A DNA stretch of 64,000 nt from Azolla caroliniana (Eukaryota; Plantae; Polypodiophyta), in NCBI GenBank assembly GCA_043228905.1, contig JBHGNT010000010.1, positions 20,026,001 through 20,090,000 on the forward strand. Reading direction: 5' to 3'. Positions 10,888 to 23,700 of the stretch are shown here, one piece after another. Position numbers and translations under genes: made by a program. Below the pieces are notes generated by a model, which was given only the letters and a program-made list of their open reading frames with translations, ran no database searches and was not told the origin of the DNA. Position 1 is the first letter of the stretch. Each line of letters begins with the position of its first letter.

Positions 10888-11044
10888 ACGCTCCCTCTCT
10901 TTCTCTCTCTCCCTTCGGTTGCTTCCGGTGTGCTTCTGGGATGCCCCGGAAACGGTGAAGCACGACTTCCTACGCTCCGTCACTCCCTAGTCCAAGACCC
11001 CCATGGTCCCGCCTTTCTCCACGCACACGCGTAACAACGCGATA
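10888..11044 (+). repeat. 3' end of an interrupted subtype Z LTR
   Basis: Matches about 11806-11966; ends GCGATA. Confidence 0.85.
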
Positions 11045-11084
11045 GCGCGTTGGCAAGGACGAAGGGCTGCTGCAGAACAGAGTG

Positions 11085-11131
<47 letters not shown>

Positions 11132-11190
11132 GAATCGTCGTTCTCTGCGGGTGTCGGGAGTTCGCTGCCTTTGCTTCGTGGACAACCCGT
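11045..11190 (+). repeat. Internal fragment of a W-like LTR with a (CT)n tract
   Basis: Similar to about 40496-40627 (GCTGCCT.TGCTTCGTGGACA.CCCGT). Confidence 0.65.
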
Positions 11191-13345
11191 TGTCGTGAAG
11201 AATTTCGGCCAGAGGCGGAAACCAGGAAACATTGGCTACATCGGCGGGGTGCAGCGTGTGTATGCACCCATGTACATTTAGTGTGAATAACGAGGGCGCT
11301 TTTATGGCACCGAAGAGTAGTCAAGTCGGGAAGGGCGATACCATGTAAGTCGGGATTTATCCCACATTGTAATGCATCCCTCTCCTTGTTCTATAAAAGG
11401 AAGGGAGCGCCCTTTGTGAAGGGGTTGCCCATTTTGGCGTTAGAGGGTATACCGTTAGATTTAGGGTTAGTTACGCTTCTTCTTCTTCTTCTTCCCCCTT
11501 CGTGTTTTGCCTAGGGTTTGCTTTGGCTCGGCCTCCTGTGCAAGACCCCGCTTGGCGCGACGAGCCGAGAGCTCCCCGACGGCGGCTTGACAGCAGACGA
11601 CTGTTGTAACTTACCTTGGTCCGGCTCGAAGCCGGGAATGTATTCTTCCTTTTATATATATACATTTGCGTCTGTCTGTGTATATTCGCGTCTCTGTTGG
11701 TGTTGGGTGCTTCCCCTTTCCTGCGTTTCCTGTACATAAGGGCGTGAGTCGGGTCGGCATGTGTGTGTGTGTGTGCGTGTGTGTGCGTGAGTCGGTGTTA
11801 AGTGCGCGCTCCCTCTCTCTCTCTCCCTCCCTCCCTTCGGTTGCTTCCGGTGTGCTTCTGGGATACCCCGAAAACGGCGAAGTACGACTCCCTACGCTCC
11901 GTCACTCCCTAGTCCAAGACCCCCGTGGTCCCGCCTTTCTCCACGCACGCGCGTAACAACGCGACATCTTTGGTGAACCCGACGTGAAAGGCGGCAAGAA
12001 AGGATGGAGTCGGAAGACGACGACCTCGCGGTGATGGTGGCCAAAGTGGTGTTGGAGTGGGCACGTGTGGTGATGAGGCGAGAAGCAGCGCAACAAGCGG
12101 TTGAGCGAGTGGTCGAAAGAGTCGGCCATTTCAACGGGGACAAAGTCCCATCTTACTTGGGAGCCTACAATGCGGATATGGAGGAGCGTGGCGTAGACAA
12201 GGCGTTGAGGCTGGAGTTCTTCTGTCGGGTCGTAGCTGTCCGGATGCATGCGGAAGTAAAGGAGCTCCGTGAGGCTCATAGTTCGTGGGAGGCCTTCGAA
12301 GAGGCGCTCCTGAAGGCATACGGAGGACGGCGGAAGAGCCGGGGATGACACGACTTCGAGCAGTGGGTAGCATCGGCAAAGACCCACCGGGATGCGACCA
12401 AGGCGTTCCGAGAGTTCGAGCGACGGCTTGCTCGGCTCCTGGAACGGGAACAAGGTTTGGTGGGGACGGACAAGGTCCTATTGTTCGTCAGGTCGATCGA
12501 CCGAGCGGAACGGGAGGCCATCGGGATTGAGCTCGAAGAAGATGACGGAGCAAATGGGCTTACGGAGGACTGGTCGAAGGTCAGAAGGGTGTGCCTACGG
12601 CTAGACAATGAGCGAGCCGAGAAGGCTAAGAGGAAGGCGCGTGACGGCATGCCTTCACAGCGGGAAGAGGCCGAACGGCAAAGAGAGCCGGCAAGGGTCG
12701 GCGTTGGGGCCAGGATTGCGGAGGCGTACGCAGCTCTCGAGGTGATGCTTGAGGAAGAGGAAAGATCAAAGCCGCAAGCCGAGACTGAGGAGACGGACTT
12801 GCCCCACGCGACGGCGGGAGATCGGTACCACGGTACCACGGGATCAGTAAAAAGACGACCACCGACCACGAAGAGTCGGTGGCTACAGACAAGGGCGTAA
12901 AACGGATGGGCGATTCTTTGTGTCTTCCCACACTTGCTCCTGAGACGATGGCAGTCGGGCCCGAGTGCCCACGTGAGTCCCAACCGGAGGAAGGCGGCGG
13001 CGAAGGACCAAGAATCACCGGCGAGACGATACGTGGAAGGAGCGGACGAAAGCCGACGGACCTGATTCCGGAGAACTCGACGTTCGGGCCCGTGTGCCCA
13101 TGTAAGACCGAGGAGTCTTGGCACGATGCCAGCGAAGATGGATGGGAGATGGCCAACGAAAGGGGTGACAAGGAGACCAAGGAACGACCTAACCGGGGAC
13201 CCAACCACGCGACGCTTTAGTACGGGTGGAGCGTGATCCGGTCGTGGATTGTTCGATCGGGGCCAGAATCGGCATGAAGGTGCCGATACGGGAGAGGGTG
13301 CGGGACGAGCCGCCCTGTTTTACATGGGGAGAAAGACCGATCCGG
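11191..13345 (+). mobile_element. Second Gag-only-type element: LTR Z (11191-11966), Trp PBS, divergent gag; 3' truncated
   Basis: TGTCGTGAAG...GCGACA then TCTT TGGTGAACC. Confidence 0.85.
12004..13220 (+). pseudogene. Divergent gag related to 5949-8087, frameshifted
   Basis: AAQQAVE..YNADM..RLEFFCRVVA; KVLLFVRSIDR..GLTEDW; repeat unit LPTLAPET..ECPRES..EGGGE. Confidence 0.85.
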
Positions 13346-13349
13346 CGAA

Positions 13350-16300
13350 GTAGATCGACCTTCCGGCGAAGGCCTCCGCGAACTCGTCTATCGTTGGTCC
13401 AATTCCTGCATTCCGAATGGTCACTCTGTTGACCGGTTGCAGGTCTTGAATGAAGCGCAACGTCCCGTTCTTCTTCGGTACGGTAAACCACCGGTTCGAG
13501 TACGGGGCACTCGACGGTTCAAGGATGCCCATATCGACTTTCTGCCTCAACAGCTCCATCAGCTCCGGGATGTGAGCTCTCGGTACCAGAATTGGTTTGA
13601 GATTCCACGGCACATGCGGTACCGTGAATATCACCATCGGCTTCACGACTGTCGGGTCTACGCACTCGATCTCTTCCGGTGAGAATGCGAAGGCTTTCCC
13701 GTGCCTTCTGAGCATTCTCCGAAACCGGTCTTCTTCCACCGGTAGTAGGAACCCGCCCCCACCGATTATGAGCTCCCGTAGCGTTCTGTCGGTGAAGGTG
13801 TGTCCTTTGCAGGCCGGATCTCGTAAACTGGGGTCTGACGCGACCCCCTTGATTCGCAACTCGCTGCCCTCCGGTAAGGGTGCCATGACTGGCCTTACCT
13901 TCCGGTCCACAGTCTTGTACTTCATGTTAACCCGGGCCGTCCGATCCGACTCGAGCCCCTGACTGAAGTCCGCGATGACTTCGTACATCTTTTCTGAACA
14001 AACCGGTATCGTCCGGTCCTTTTTAAGGCCCTCTCCGACCACCTCTCGCAGTATTCCCAAGGTATCGTCGAAGGAGACCGCCTCCACGGCTCCGTTGATT
14101 TCCTCGCTGGGCCCGAGAACTCCGCACGCCCGAAGTCGCTCTTCCGCCCTTGTCTTTTCTTGGCCAACGTCGCCAACTATCGTACACCCTCCGTTGTTGG
14201 AGAAACAAAACTTCCTACTTATGGTACAAGGTTTCTTCGGTTTCGCCTCTATCATACATTTGTGGGGTTTTCCCGGAGTGTCCGGACTATCGCGGCCCCA
14301 CACCTTGACAACCCTCTCTAAAAATCCTCTCGGTTCTCGCCACCGAGGGACTCGCGGTTTCGCTCGCGGTTCGGTCGCACCGTCAGGAACTGGACCGAAT
14401 GACGTCGGTCCTGACTCTTGACCCTCGCGTAAGCCGACCCGTTGTCCAGCACCTTGGTCTCCATCCGCGCTGCCGTAATGTACGGTTCTCCCAGTATGAC
14501 CGGGTGCGAGGACGTCTCCTGCACAAAGAAGTGTTGGTCTATCTCGACGTCGCCGATCTTGACTCGCACGTTTGGGCAGGCCCCGTGTAGTTCCTCGGTG
14601 GCGCGCATCACCGCCCGTATTTTCCACCCGTGCTTGGTGTTGATCGGCCATTTCCCCTTCGTGTAGAAGTCCATGGACATCAGGTTTATTTCCGAACCGT
14701 GGTCCACCAGCGCCACCACCATTTCCTGAACATCTCCGATCTTCACCGGGGTTTCCGTGGTCGCTCGGGCCCAGTGTGGCCTCGAATAGTGGCTCTCCGC
14801 CCACTCGTCTTCCAGCGCCATGTCCTCTATGTGCATCGTCCGCACCTCCACCGGCCTTTCCGGTTCTGTCTCCGTCAACAGCCTCTTCCTCTTCACCAAG
14901 TCTACGATGGAGTCGTGGAACTCCTTCTTGGCGATTCCGAGCACCTCCCGCAATGACAGTTCCACCTTGCTGTCGAGGATTCGTTCTTCCAGGACCTTTC
15001 GTAGGTCCGTGGTCCTTTCGATCTCCGTGCCCAACAGGTATCCGCCCTTCTTGTGGTTATCCCGGGCACTGGTCTCACTGGCCTCGTTCTCTTTCGGCCC
15101 GAATCAGGTTTCGTATCTCTGTGAGGGTCCGGCCCCTCTGTTTTTACCTACCCGTTTGTCTTCAACCATCGCCTCTAGTTCTGGCAAGCTGCTTCGACGA
15201 AACCCATCTTTTCTTCGACCGGGTCACTCCACCCGGTTACCTCCTGGACCCACTTCTCTGCGCGGTCCGCCTCGTCTTTCCTTAGTCGGGCACCGGCGAG
15301 GCCTTCCAGCATCGTCGGCCAGAACCCGGCTTTGCTCTCCTTCCGGGCCTTGCTGCCTCCAACCCAAATACCGGCTGACGTCGAGTAGTGGACGGTCTCC
15401 GCGTGTTGGGCCGCCGCCTCTTCCATCAGCCTTTTCATTCCTCCTCGCCCGTCGTTTCGGTTCAGGGCCCTCCGGGTATCGCTGGCGTGCACCCGACCTT
15501 CCCCACAAGTACACTACCCGGCTTCTCAAGGCCTCCGCAAAGTCCCCGTAGTCTTTCCGGATGTGGCCGACCTCGTCGCACCACATGCACCTATTTCCTG
15601 CCGGAGGCCGTCGGTCACGAGCCTTCCCTCCGAGCCTGGGCGATCTGGAGATCCTTTACCGCCCGTGTCAACTCCTCCAAAGCTGTTCCCTTGGACGAGC
15701 CTCTAACCACGCTGGTCGAAGCCGAACCGGTTTCGAGCCACTCCCGGGTGTCTTCCCTTCGCGCCTGTGGCATCGGTTCGAGCTTCCTTGCTGCGACAGG
15801 ACCCGCCCCGGTCGCTCCTGTATCAGCCCACTCCCACTGTTTGTCAAAACGGCCGCAGACTCTTTTTACCGCGGCCCAGTCGGCCGTCAGCCCACTTGCT
15901 CCCGATCCCGTGCGTCAACCGATTTGACAAACAATAGGACACGACTTGTGTCCATAACGGTCCGATCGAGCGCCGAAAGGCGCGCAAAGCGTCCCTCAAA
16001 CTCCCGGAGGAGTACCGACACATTTCTTCCTTTGTTGGGGGACTCCATTAAGCCCCGCTTCGAAAGCCAAAGCGCGTCATCCAGCCCGTATTTCTCCAGG
16101 AGCCGTACTTTGAACTCCTCCCAGGTCCGGCTTTCCGCCCAGGCCTCGAGCACCTCCGCATGGATGCCCGGCATCGCCACTCGAGGGAATCCGGCAAGAT
16201 GCCTCTCTTTCCACTGAACCGGCCGATCGTACCGACGATCGCCTCAAGAGCCCTGTCAAGGGCGCCGGTGCCCTCGCGCACACTCACTATCCGGTCCACG

Positions 16301-17003
16301 GCCAAAGCCATGGCCTTTGCAAGATCCGACCCCCTCATCTTCTGCTTCTCTGCCGCCTTGTTCACGTCGGGTTCACCAAAGATGTCGCGTTACTACGTGC
16401 GTGCGTGGAGAAACGAGGCGGGACCACCGGGGTCTTCACCCAAAGAGCAGGTGATAGAAGGGGAAAGAGAAAGAGAGAGACGCTCGGTTACGTATGAGCA
16501 AAGAAACGAATGGACATAGAGACAGAGAGACACGAATGTTTGTAAATTAATGAATGACAAATAAACAACAGAGCACGCGAGCGGTTACAACCGAACAGGC
16601 CGGCGAACAGATGTCGATGCTTGCTCATCTGCGCACGAAAGGGGTAGGATGGAGGTGCTGCCGGAAGCACACGGGCGTTCCTCGAAGCAGTGCGAGCCTC
16701 GCGAAAACCTGCCGAGAAGAGCGATGGAGAACGAACAGAGGAGAAGGGTTCGGTTTCGGTCCGACAGCACTTCGTCCTCCTCAATAAAAAAAATGCCCCT
16801 CTCTCCCCGCGTCTCCCTTTCTTTTATAGCTTCAAGAAGGGAGTCGTTTCCCTCATTAACTTCCTACCTACCGAATCTAACTACTTAGGATATACCTTTG
16901 TACCTAATTCTCTATTATATACATTAAAGGGCGCACACGCGTGAAGAGCTGGTTCACGCGCGCTATACACTGATTACGCTAAGGGACGGTTTTCTTCACG
17001 ACA
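13350..17003 (-). mobile_element. Gypsy subtype X, 5' half (LTR 16383-17003, PBS, gag-PR, start of RT), truncated
   Basis: Minus-strand LTR, PBS, ORFs 14318-15034 and 13320-14804; RT breaks at GRSIY. Confidence 0.92.
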
Positions 17004-17764
17004 ACGTGTAAGGGCCAGTTCGCACGCGCTATACACGGTTTGCGCCTGGGGACGGTTTTCTTCACGACATCTGCCCCCACCTGACCGCGCATCCACCGGT
17101 ATGCACCAAAATTGGGTTCCTACTGGGGAAAACCGGTCCTTGCTGTTATTCCTCGTTTACCGGTTCGTCCTCCGCCTCGGGTTGCTCGTCGTTGCCGTCC
17201 ATGCCCCCTAGCTCCGGCTCACCGTCGTATCGTTTCTTGAACGCTTTGATCCTCTTCCCCGCTACCGGTGTCGCCATTCTCGTACCATCGAGCTCCGCAA
17301 GATGGTATGTCCCATTGTCGTTGGCACCTATTACTACGTAAGGCCCGAACCACCTCCTTGCAAATTTCCACGTGGCCCTGTGCTAATTGTCGAGGCTGCT
17401 ATCGTAGACTAGCACCCAGTCGCCTTCCTCGATCTTCCTTGGCCGGAGCCGGTGTGTTCGGTCAAACCGGCCTTTGTTCCTTATCCTCGCTACCCGAAGT
17501 TTCTCCGCGGCTCGCTCTACGTCCTCCGGCCTCCGCTCGAGCTGTCGAATCCGTGCCGCCAACAGTTCCTCCCAGCTCATCTCATCCCTCCAGTCCACCG
17601 TGGCCCACGAGGAGATCGTTCACTCTGTTGGCATGATCGGCTTCTGTCCGAACATAAGTTCTGCCGGCTTGAACCCGGTTACTGAATTGTGCGTAGTCCG
17701 GTCCGCCCACAAGGCATAAGGTAGCAGCCGTGGCCAGTTCCCAACTTGGCCTCCGCACGCCCGT

Positions 17765-20700
17765 TGTCGAGGTATTCCTCGCGGATGCGTGGAATGAGGC
17801 GGGACCTCGGGGGTCTTGTACCGAAGAGCAAGAGAGAAAGGAGAAGGGAGGGGACCCACTACGTGCGAGCGTAGATTCACAGGGACACGGCCCTTTGACA
17901 CAAAGACGCGAGTGGGACACCGACACAGAGAGACACGAATGTATGCAAATATATATATTAACAAAACAAAAACAAGAAGCACGAAGTCGGTTACAACCGA
18001 ACAGGCCGGCGAACAGATGCCGATGCCTGTTCGTAAACGCACAGAAAGAAAGGAGTAGATTGGAGGTGCTGCCGGAAGCACTCGGGCATTCCTCAGAGCA
18101 GCGCGAGCCTCCCGAAAACCTGCACAGAAAGAAGCTGCCGAGTATGGAAGAGAGAGAAGCCTTCGGTCGACAACCCGACAACACTTCGTCCCCTCTCTAA
18201 AACGTGATCCTCTCCCCCTTCTCGCCTTCCTCCTTTTATAGGCAAGGAAGGAGCCGTTTCCCCTTTACTTCCTACCCACTAAATCTACCTACCTAGGATC
18301 TCCTATGTATCTAATTCTCCCTTATGTACAATATAAGGCGTACGGGCATGAAGAGCTGGTTCCTACGCTCTGGTGCATTGATTCCGCTTGTGGACGGTTT
18401 TCTTCACGACATCCGCCCCCACCTAACCGCGCATCCTCCGGCATGCGCCAAATTGAGTCGGGACAGAGAAAACCGGTCGAGCCTTCACTCCCCGTCCGTC
18501 GGTTCTTCCTCGGTTTCGGATCGTCCGTCGTCGCGGTCCAGGTTAACCGGATCCGGCTCGTCGTCGTGACGCTTCTTGAACGCTTTGATCCGCTTCCCAG
18601 CTACCGGTATCGCCAGATGGTACGTCAGATGGTACGTCCCGTTGTCGTTGGCGCTTTGTACCACGTAAGGCCCGAACCACCTTCTTGCGAACTTCCGTGT
18701 CGCTCGGTGCTGGTTGTCGAGGCTCCTGTCGTAGACTAGCACCCAGTCGGCTTCCTCGATCTTCTTCGGTCGGAGCCGGTGCATCCGGTCGAACCGGGCT
18801 TTGTTCCTCGTCCTTGCCACCCGAAGCTTTTCCGCAGCCTGCTCCACGTCCTCCGGTCTTCGCTCGAGCTGCCGTATGCGTGCCGTCAACAGTTCCTCCT
18901 GGCTCATCTTGTCTCTCCAGTCCACGGTTGCCCACGAGGAGATCGTACGTTCCATCGGCATGATCGGCTTCTGCCCAAACATGAGCTCTGCCGGCATGAA
19001 TCCGGTTACCGAACTGTGCGTAGTTCGGTCCGCCCACAACGCGTAAGGCAACAGCCGCGGCCAGTTCCCGACTTGACCTCCGCATGCCCGAACTAACGCC
19101 TTGATGATCGGTCCGTGTCCGCGCTCCACCTTCCCATTCGCCTCCAGATTGTATGCAGTGGTGAGCGAGAGCTTGACTCCTAGCCGATCGAACAGCGCCT
19201 CGGCCTCTTCGGCGTCCAACTCCCCGCGATCAGCCACTATCTTCCCAACGCAGCCGTACCGGCATATCACATCCTCCATCAGGAACCGACATATGGCCGC
19301 GGTCGTTTTGTTTTGAAGGGCTTGGCCTTCTACCTGGTTCATCAGATCTTCCCGAGCCAGGACCAGATACCACATTTGTCCTACTCCCATCGGGATCGTC
19401 ACGAGATCTACCATCCATTTGAAGTGGATGGTCGGAGGGTACGTAGGGTGAAGCTTGTCCCGACGTCGGACTACGGAGTGCATCTGACAGCTCTCGCAAG
19501 TTGTCACGAACCGATGCACCTACCGGTACAGTCCCGGCCACCAGTACTTCCCCTTTATCTTCTCGAACGTGGCCCACGTTCCACGGTGTCCAGCCCAAGG
19601 GCTGTCGTGGTAGGCCGTCAGCATCTCCTCCTGTTCTTCCTTCATCGCCACCACCCGGAGCGGGACGCCGTTCCTTTTCTTCGGGTGCTTCCATAAGTAT
19701 CCGTCCTGGAGAAAGAATCGGTATGCTTTCTTCCGGATCCGACTGGTCTCGTCCCTCGTCCATGACGCATCCGGCGTCATGGTCCTTAAGAACCCACCGA
19801 TCTATAGCCACTCGCCGTCGTACTTGCTCTCGTCGAAGCCGTTAAACGCCGGAGTGCTCGTCCCATCGGTCGTCACGTACGCTGCCTCGAAGAAGTCCAC
19901 GCCGACTTCTTCGTCCTCCGAAACCATGCCGCCCTCATCATCAAACCTCGCCCTCGAAAGCATGTCGGCCATGGCATTGTCCTTTCCAGAAATGTGTCGT
20001 ATTTCCGGGTCCAGGGACTTGATGTACGCTATCCACCTAGGCATCGCCAAGTCCGGTGTCGCGCATCCGGAAACCATGCCGAGAATTGGCAGGCAATCGG
20101 TCTCGATAACCAATTCTTTCCCGATCAGGTAGTCTTTGTTGGCCTTTACTGCCGAAATGATACCCCAGAGTTCGCGTTTAACCTGGGCGTACCCTCGCTG
20201 TCGGTCATTGAGGACCTTCGCGCCGAATCGGATCGGGAACCGAATGTCGTCCTTGTCTTCATGGTTGACGACCCATCCGATACCGGTCGGGCTCGTATCC
20301 ACCGTTATGTATACCGGGGTACCCTTCTCGTAGACAGCCTTCCGCCGCGCCGGTGTTACCGCAAGAGCTTCCTTCAGCTTCCGGACCGACTCCGTGTGCT
20401 CGTCTAGCCACTCGAATTTTCGTCCCTTCTTCAGCAACCCGTATAGCGGCTCCGCCACGTGGGCGTAATGCGGGATCCATATGTTCTAGAACGCGCATGC
20501 CCCCAGGAACCTCCGAACTTCCGTAACCGAGCTACAGTTGGTCTTCATCGCGGAGATGGCTTCTACGTTTGCCGGAGACGGCTTCCGGCCATATGGTCCA
20601 CATAGGTGCCCGACCACCAGGATTTCTGATTGCCTGAAGGCCGATTTCTCCCCAGAGAAGGTGAGCCTCACATCCTCTAGCCTTTGTAGCACCTTCTCGC

Positions 20701-23700
20701 AGTCGTCGATGTGTGCTGCCACGAATCGCCGGCATCCGTCCGGCCCGAGTGTCTCATCCTTCTCTTCCATCGGGCACCCCTTTATCGGGATGTCGTCCAG
20801 AAAGGGCATGGTGACGTCAAGGATGCAATCCCTCAGTACCTTGTTCATTGCATTCACCATGTGGGCCACCGAGTTGGTCCCTCCTTGTGGCAGGGTACAC
20901 ATTCGCACTAGGCCGAGGGGAGTTCGCATCGTCGTAATGTCTCTGCTCTCCACGGCTAGCTATAACTGGTCGTACCCTGAGTACAGATCACCGACCGAGT
21001 AAATCGACCTTCCGGCGAAGGCCTCCGCGAACTCGTCTATGGTCGGTCTGAATAATGCGTTCCGAATGGTCACTCTATTGACCGGCTGCAGATCTTAAAT
21101 GAAGCGCAATGTTCCGTTTTTTTTCAGTACGGTAAACCATCGGTTCGAGTATGGGGCACTCGACAGTTCGAGAATGCCCATATCAAATTTCTGCCTCAGT
21201 AGCTCCATCAACTTCAGGATGTGAGCTCTTGGTACCGGAATCGGCTTGAGATTCCACGGTACATGCGGTACCGTGAATATCACCATCAGCTCCACGATTG
21301 TTGGGTCTACGCACCTGAACTCTTCCCGTGCCTTCCGAGCATTCTCCGAAACCGGTCTTCCTCCGCCGGCAGTAGGAACCCGCCCCCACCGATTTTGAGC
21401 TCCAGGAGCGTCCCGTCGGTGAAGGTGTGTCCTATGCAGACCGGATCTCGCAAATTGGGGTCCGACGCAACCCCTCTGATTCGGGACTCGCTGCCCTCCG
21501 GTAAGGGTGCCGCGACTGGCCTTACCTTCCGGTCCACAGTCTTGTACTTCGTGCAAACTCGGGCCGTCCGATCCGGCTGAGCCCCTGACTGAAGTTCGCG
21601 ATGACTTCATACACCTCTTCGGAACATACCGGTATCGTCCGGTCTTCGTTAAGGTCTTCTCCGGCTACCTTCCTCAGCATACCCAAGGTGTCGTCGAAGG
21701 AGACCGCCTCCATGGCTCCGCTGATTTCCTTGTTCGGGCCGAGTACTCCGCACGCTCGAAGTCGCTCTTCCGCCCTTGCCTTCTCTCGGCCAACGATGCC
21801 GACTATCATAAACCCTCCGTTGTTGGAGAAGCAAAATTTTCTACCCGAGTGTCCGGACTGTACAGCTGTGGGGTCTTTCCCGAGTGTCCGGACTGTCTCG
21901 GCCCCACGCCTTGGCAGCCCTCTCTAAAAATCCTCCCGGTTCTCGCCACCGAGGGATTCGCGGTTTCGCTCGTGGTTCGGCCGCACCGTCAGAAATTGGA
22001 CCGAATGGCGCCCGTCTTGGCTTTTGACCCTCGCGTAGGCCGAACCGTTGTCCAGCAGTTTGGTCTCCATTCTCGCCGCCGTGATGTATGGTTCCCCTAA
22101 TATGACTGGATGCGAGGACGTCTCCTGCACGAAGAAGTGCTGGTCATTCGGGCAGGCCCCGTGTAGTTCCTCGGTGGCGCGCGTCGCCGCCCGTATCTTC
22201 CACCCGTGCTTGGTGTTGATCGGCCATTTTCCCTTCTTATAGAAGTCCATGGACATCAGGTTTATTTCCGAACTGTGGTCCACCAGTGCTACCACTGGTT
22301 CCTGAACATCTCCGATCTTTACCGGGGTCTCCGTGGTCGCTGGGGCCCAGTGTGGCCTCGAATAGTGGCTCTCCGCCCACTCATCTGCCAGCGCCAAGTC
22401 GTCGATGTGTGTCGTTCGCACCTCCACCGGTCTTTCCGGTTCCGTCTCCGTCGACAGCCTCTTCCGTTTCACCAAGTCTACAATGGAGTCGTGGAACTCC
22501 TTCTTGGCGATCCCTAGCACCTCCCGCAATGACAGCTCCACCTTGTTGTCGAGGATTCGTTCTTCTAGGACCTTTTGTAGGTCTGTGGTTCTTTCTATTT
22601 CCGTCCCCAGTCGGTATCCGCCCTTCCTGGGGTTATCTTGCGAGCTGGACCCACCGGCATCGTTCCGTCGTTGCCCGAATCGGGTCTCGTACCGCTGTGA
22701 GGGCCCAGCCGCTCCAGCTTTCCCCACTCGTTTGTCTTTTACCAGAGCCTCGTAGTTCCGGCAGGCGGCTTCTACGAAGCCCGTCTTCTCCTCGACCGGG
22801 TCGCTCCACCCGGTTACTTCCCGGACCCGTTTCTTAGCGGGGTCCGCTTCATCTTTCCTTAACCGTGCGCCGGCGACGCCTTCCAGCATTGCCGACCAGA
22901 ATCCGTCTTTGCTCTCCTTTCGGGCCTCGCTGCCCCCGACCCGAATACCGGTCGATGCCGAGTAGTGGACGGCCTCCACGTGTCGGGCCGCTGCCTCTTC
23001 CATCAGTCTCTTCATACCTCCTCGCCCGTCGTTTCGGTTTAGGGCCCTTCTGGTGTCGCCGGTGTGCACCCGGCCTTCCCATAGGTACACCACCCGGTTC
23101 CTCAACGCCTCTGCGAAATCGCCGCAGTCCTTCCGAATGTGGCCGACCTCGTCACACCACATGCACCTGTTCCCTGCTGCCGGCCGTCGGTCACGAGCCG
23201 GTTCGCCGCCTTCCCTTCGAGTCTGGGCGATCTGGAGATCCTTTATCGCCCGCGTCAACTCCTCCAGCGCTGCTCCTCCGGACGAGTCAATGACCATGCC
23301 GGTTGAAGCCAAATCGGTTTCGAGCCACTCCCGGGTCTCTGCCCTTCACCCTTGTGGTGCCGGTTCAAGCCTCCTTGCTGTGACAGAGCCCGCTCCGGTC
23401 GCCCTATTGTCAGCCCATTCTCGCCGTTTGTCGAAACGGCCACAGACTCTCTTAACCGCAGTCTAGTCGGTCGTCAGCCCGTCTTCGGTTTCTAGCAAGG
23501 AGCCGACTTGATCCCGGTCCCGCTCATCCACCGACTTGACGAACAGTAGGACCCGGCTCGTATCCAGAACGGTTCAGTCAAGCACCGAAAGGCGCGCAAA
23601 GCGTTCCTCAAACTCCCGGAGGAGTGCCGACGCGTTTCTTCCTTTGCCGGGTGACTCCACCCATTCCATGAAGTCCCGTTTCGAAAGCCGAAGCGCGTCG

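Noticed and set aside
8894-17003. The two X fragments as halves of one inverted element
   Set aside because: Different flanks (Z LTR with ACGC versus Y LTR with ACGT)
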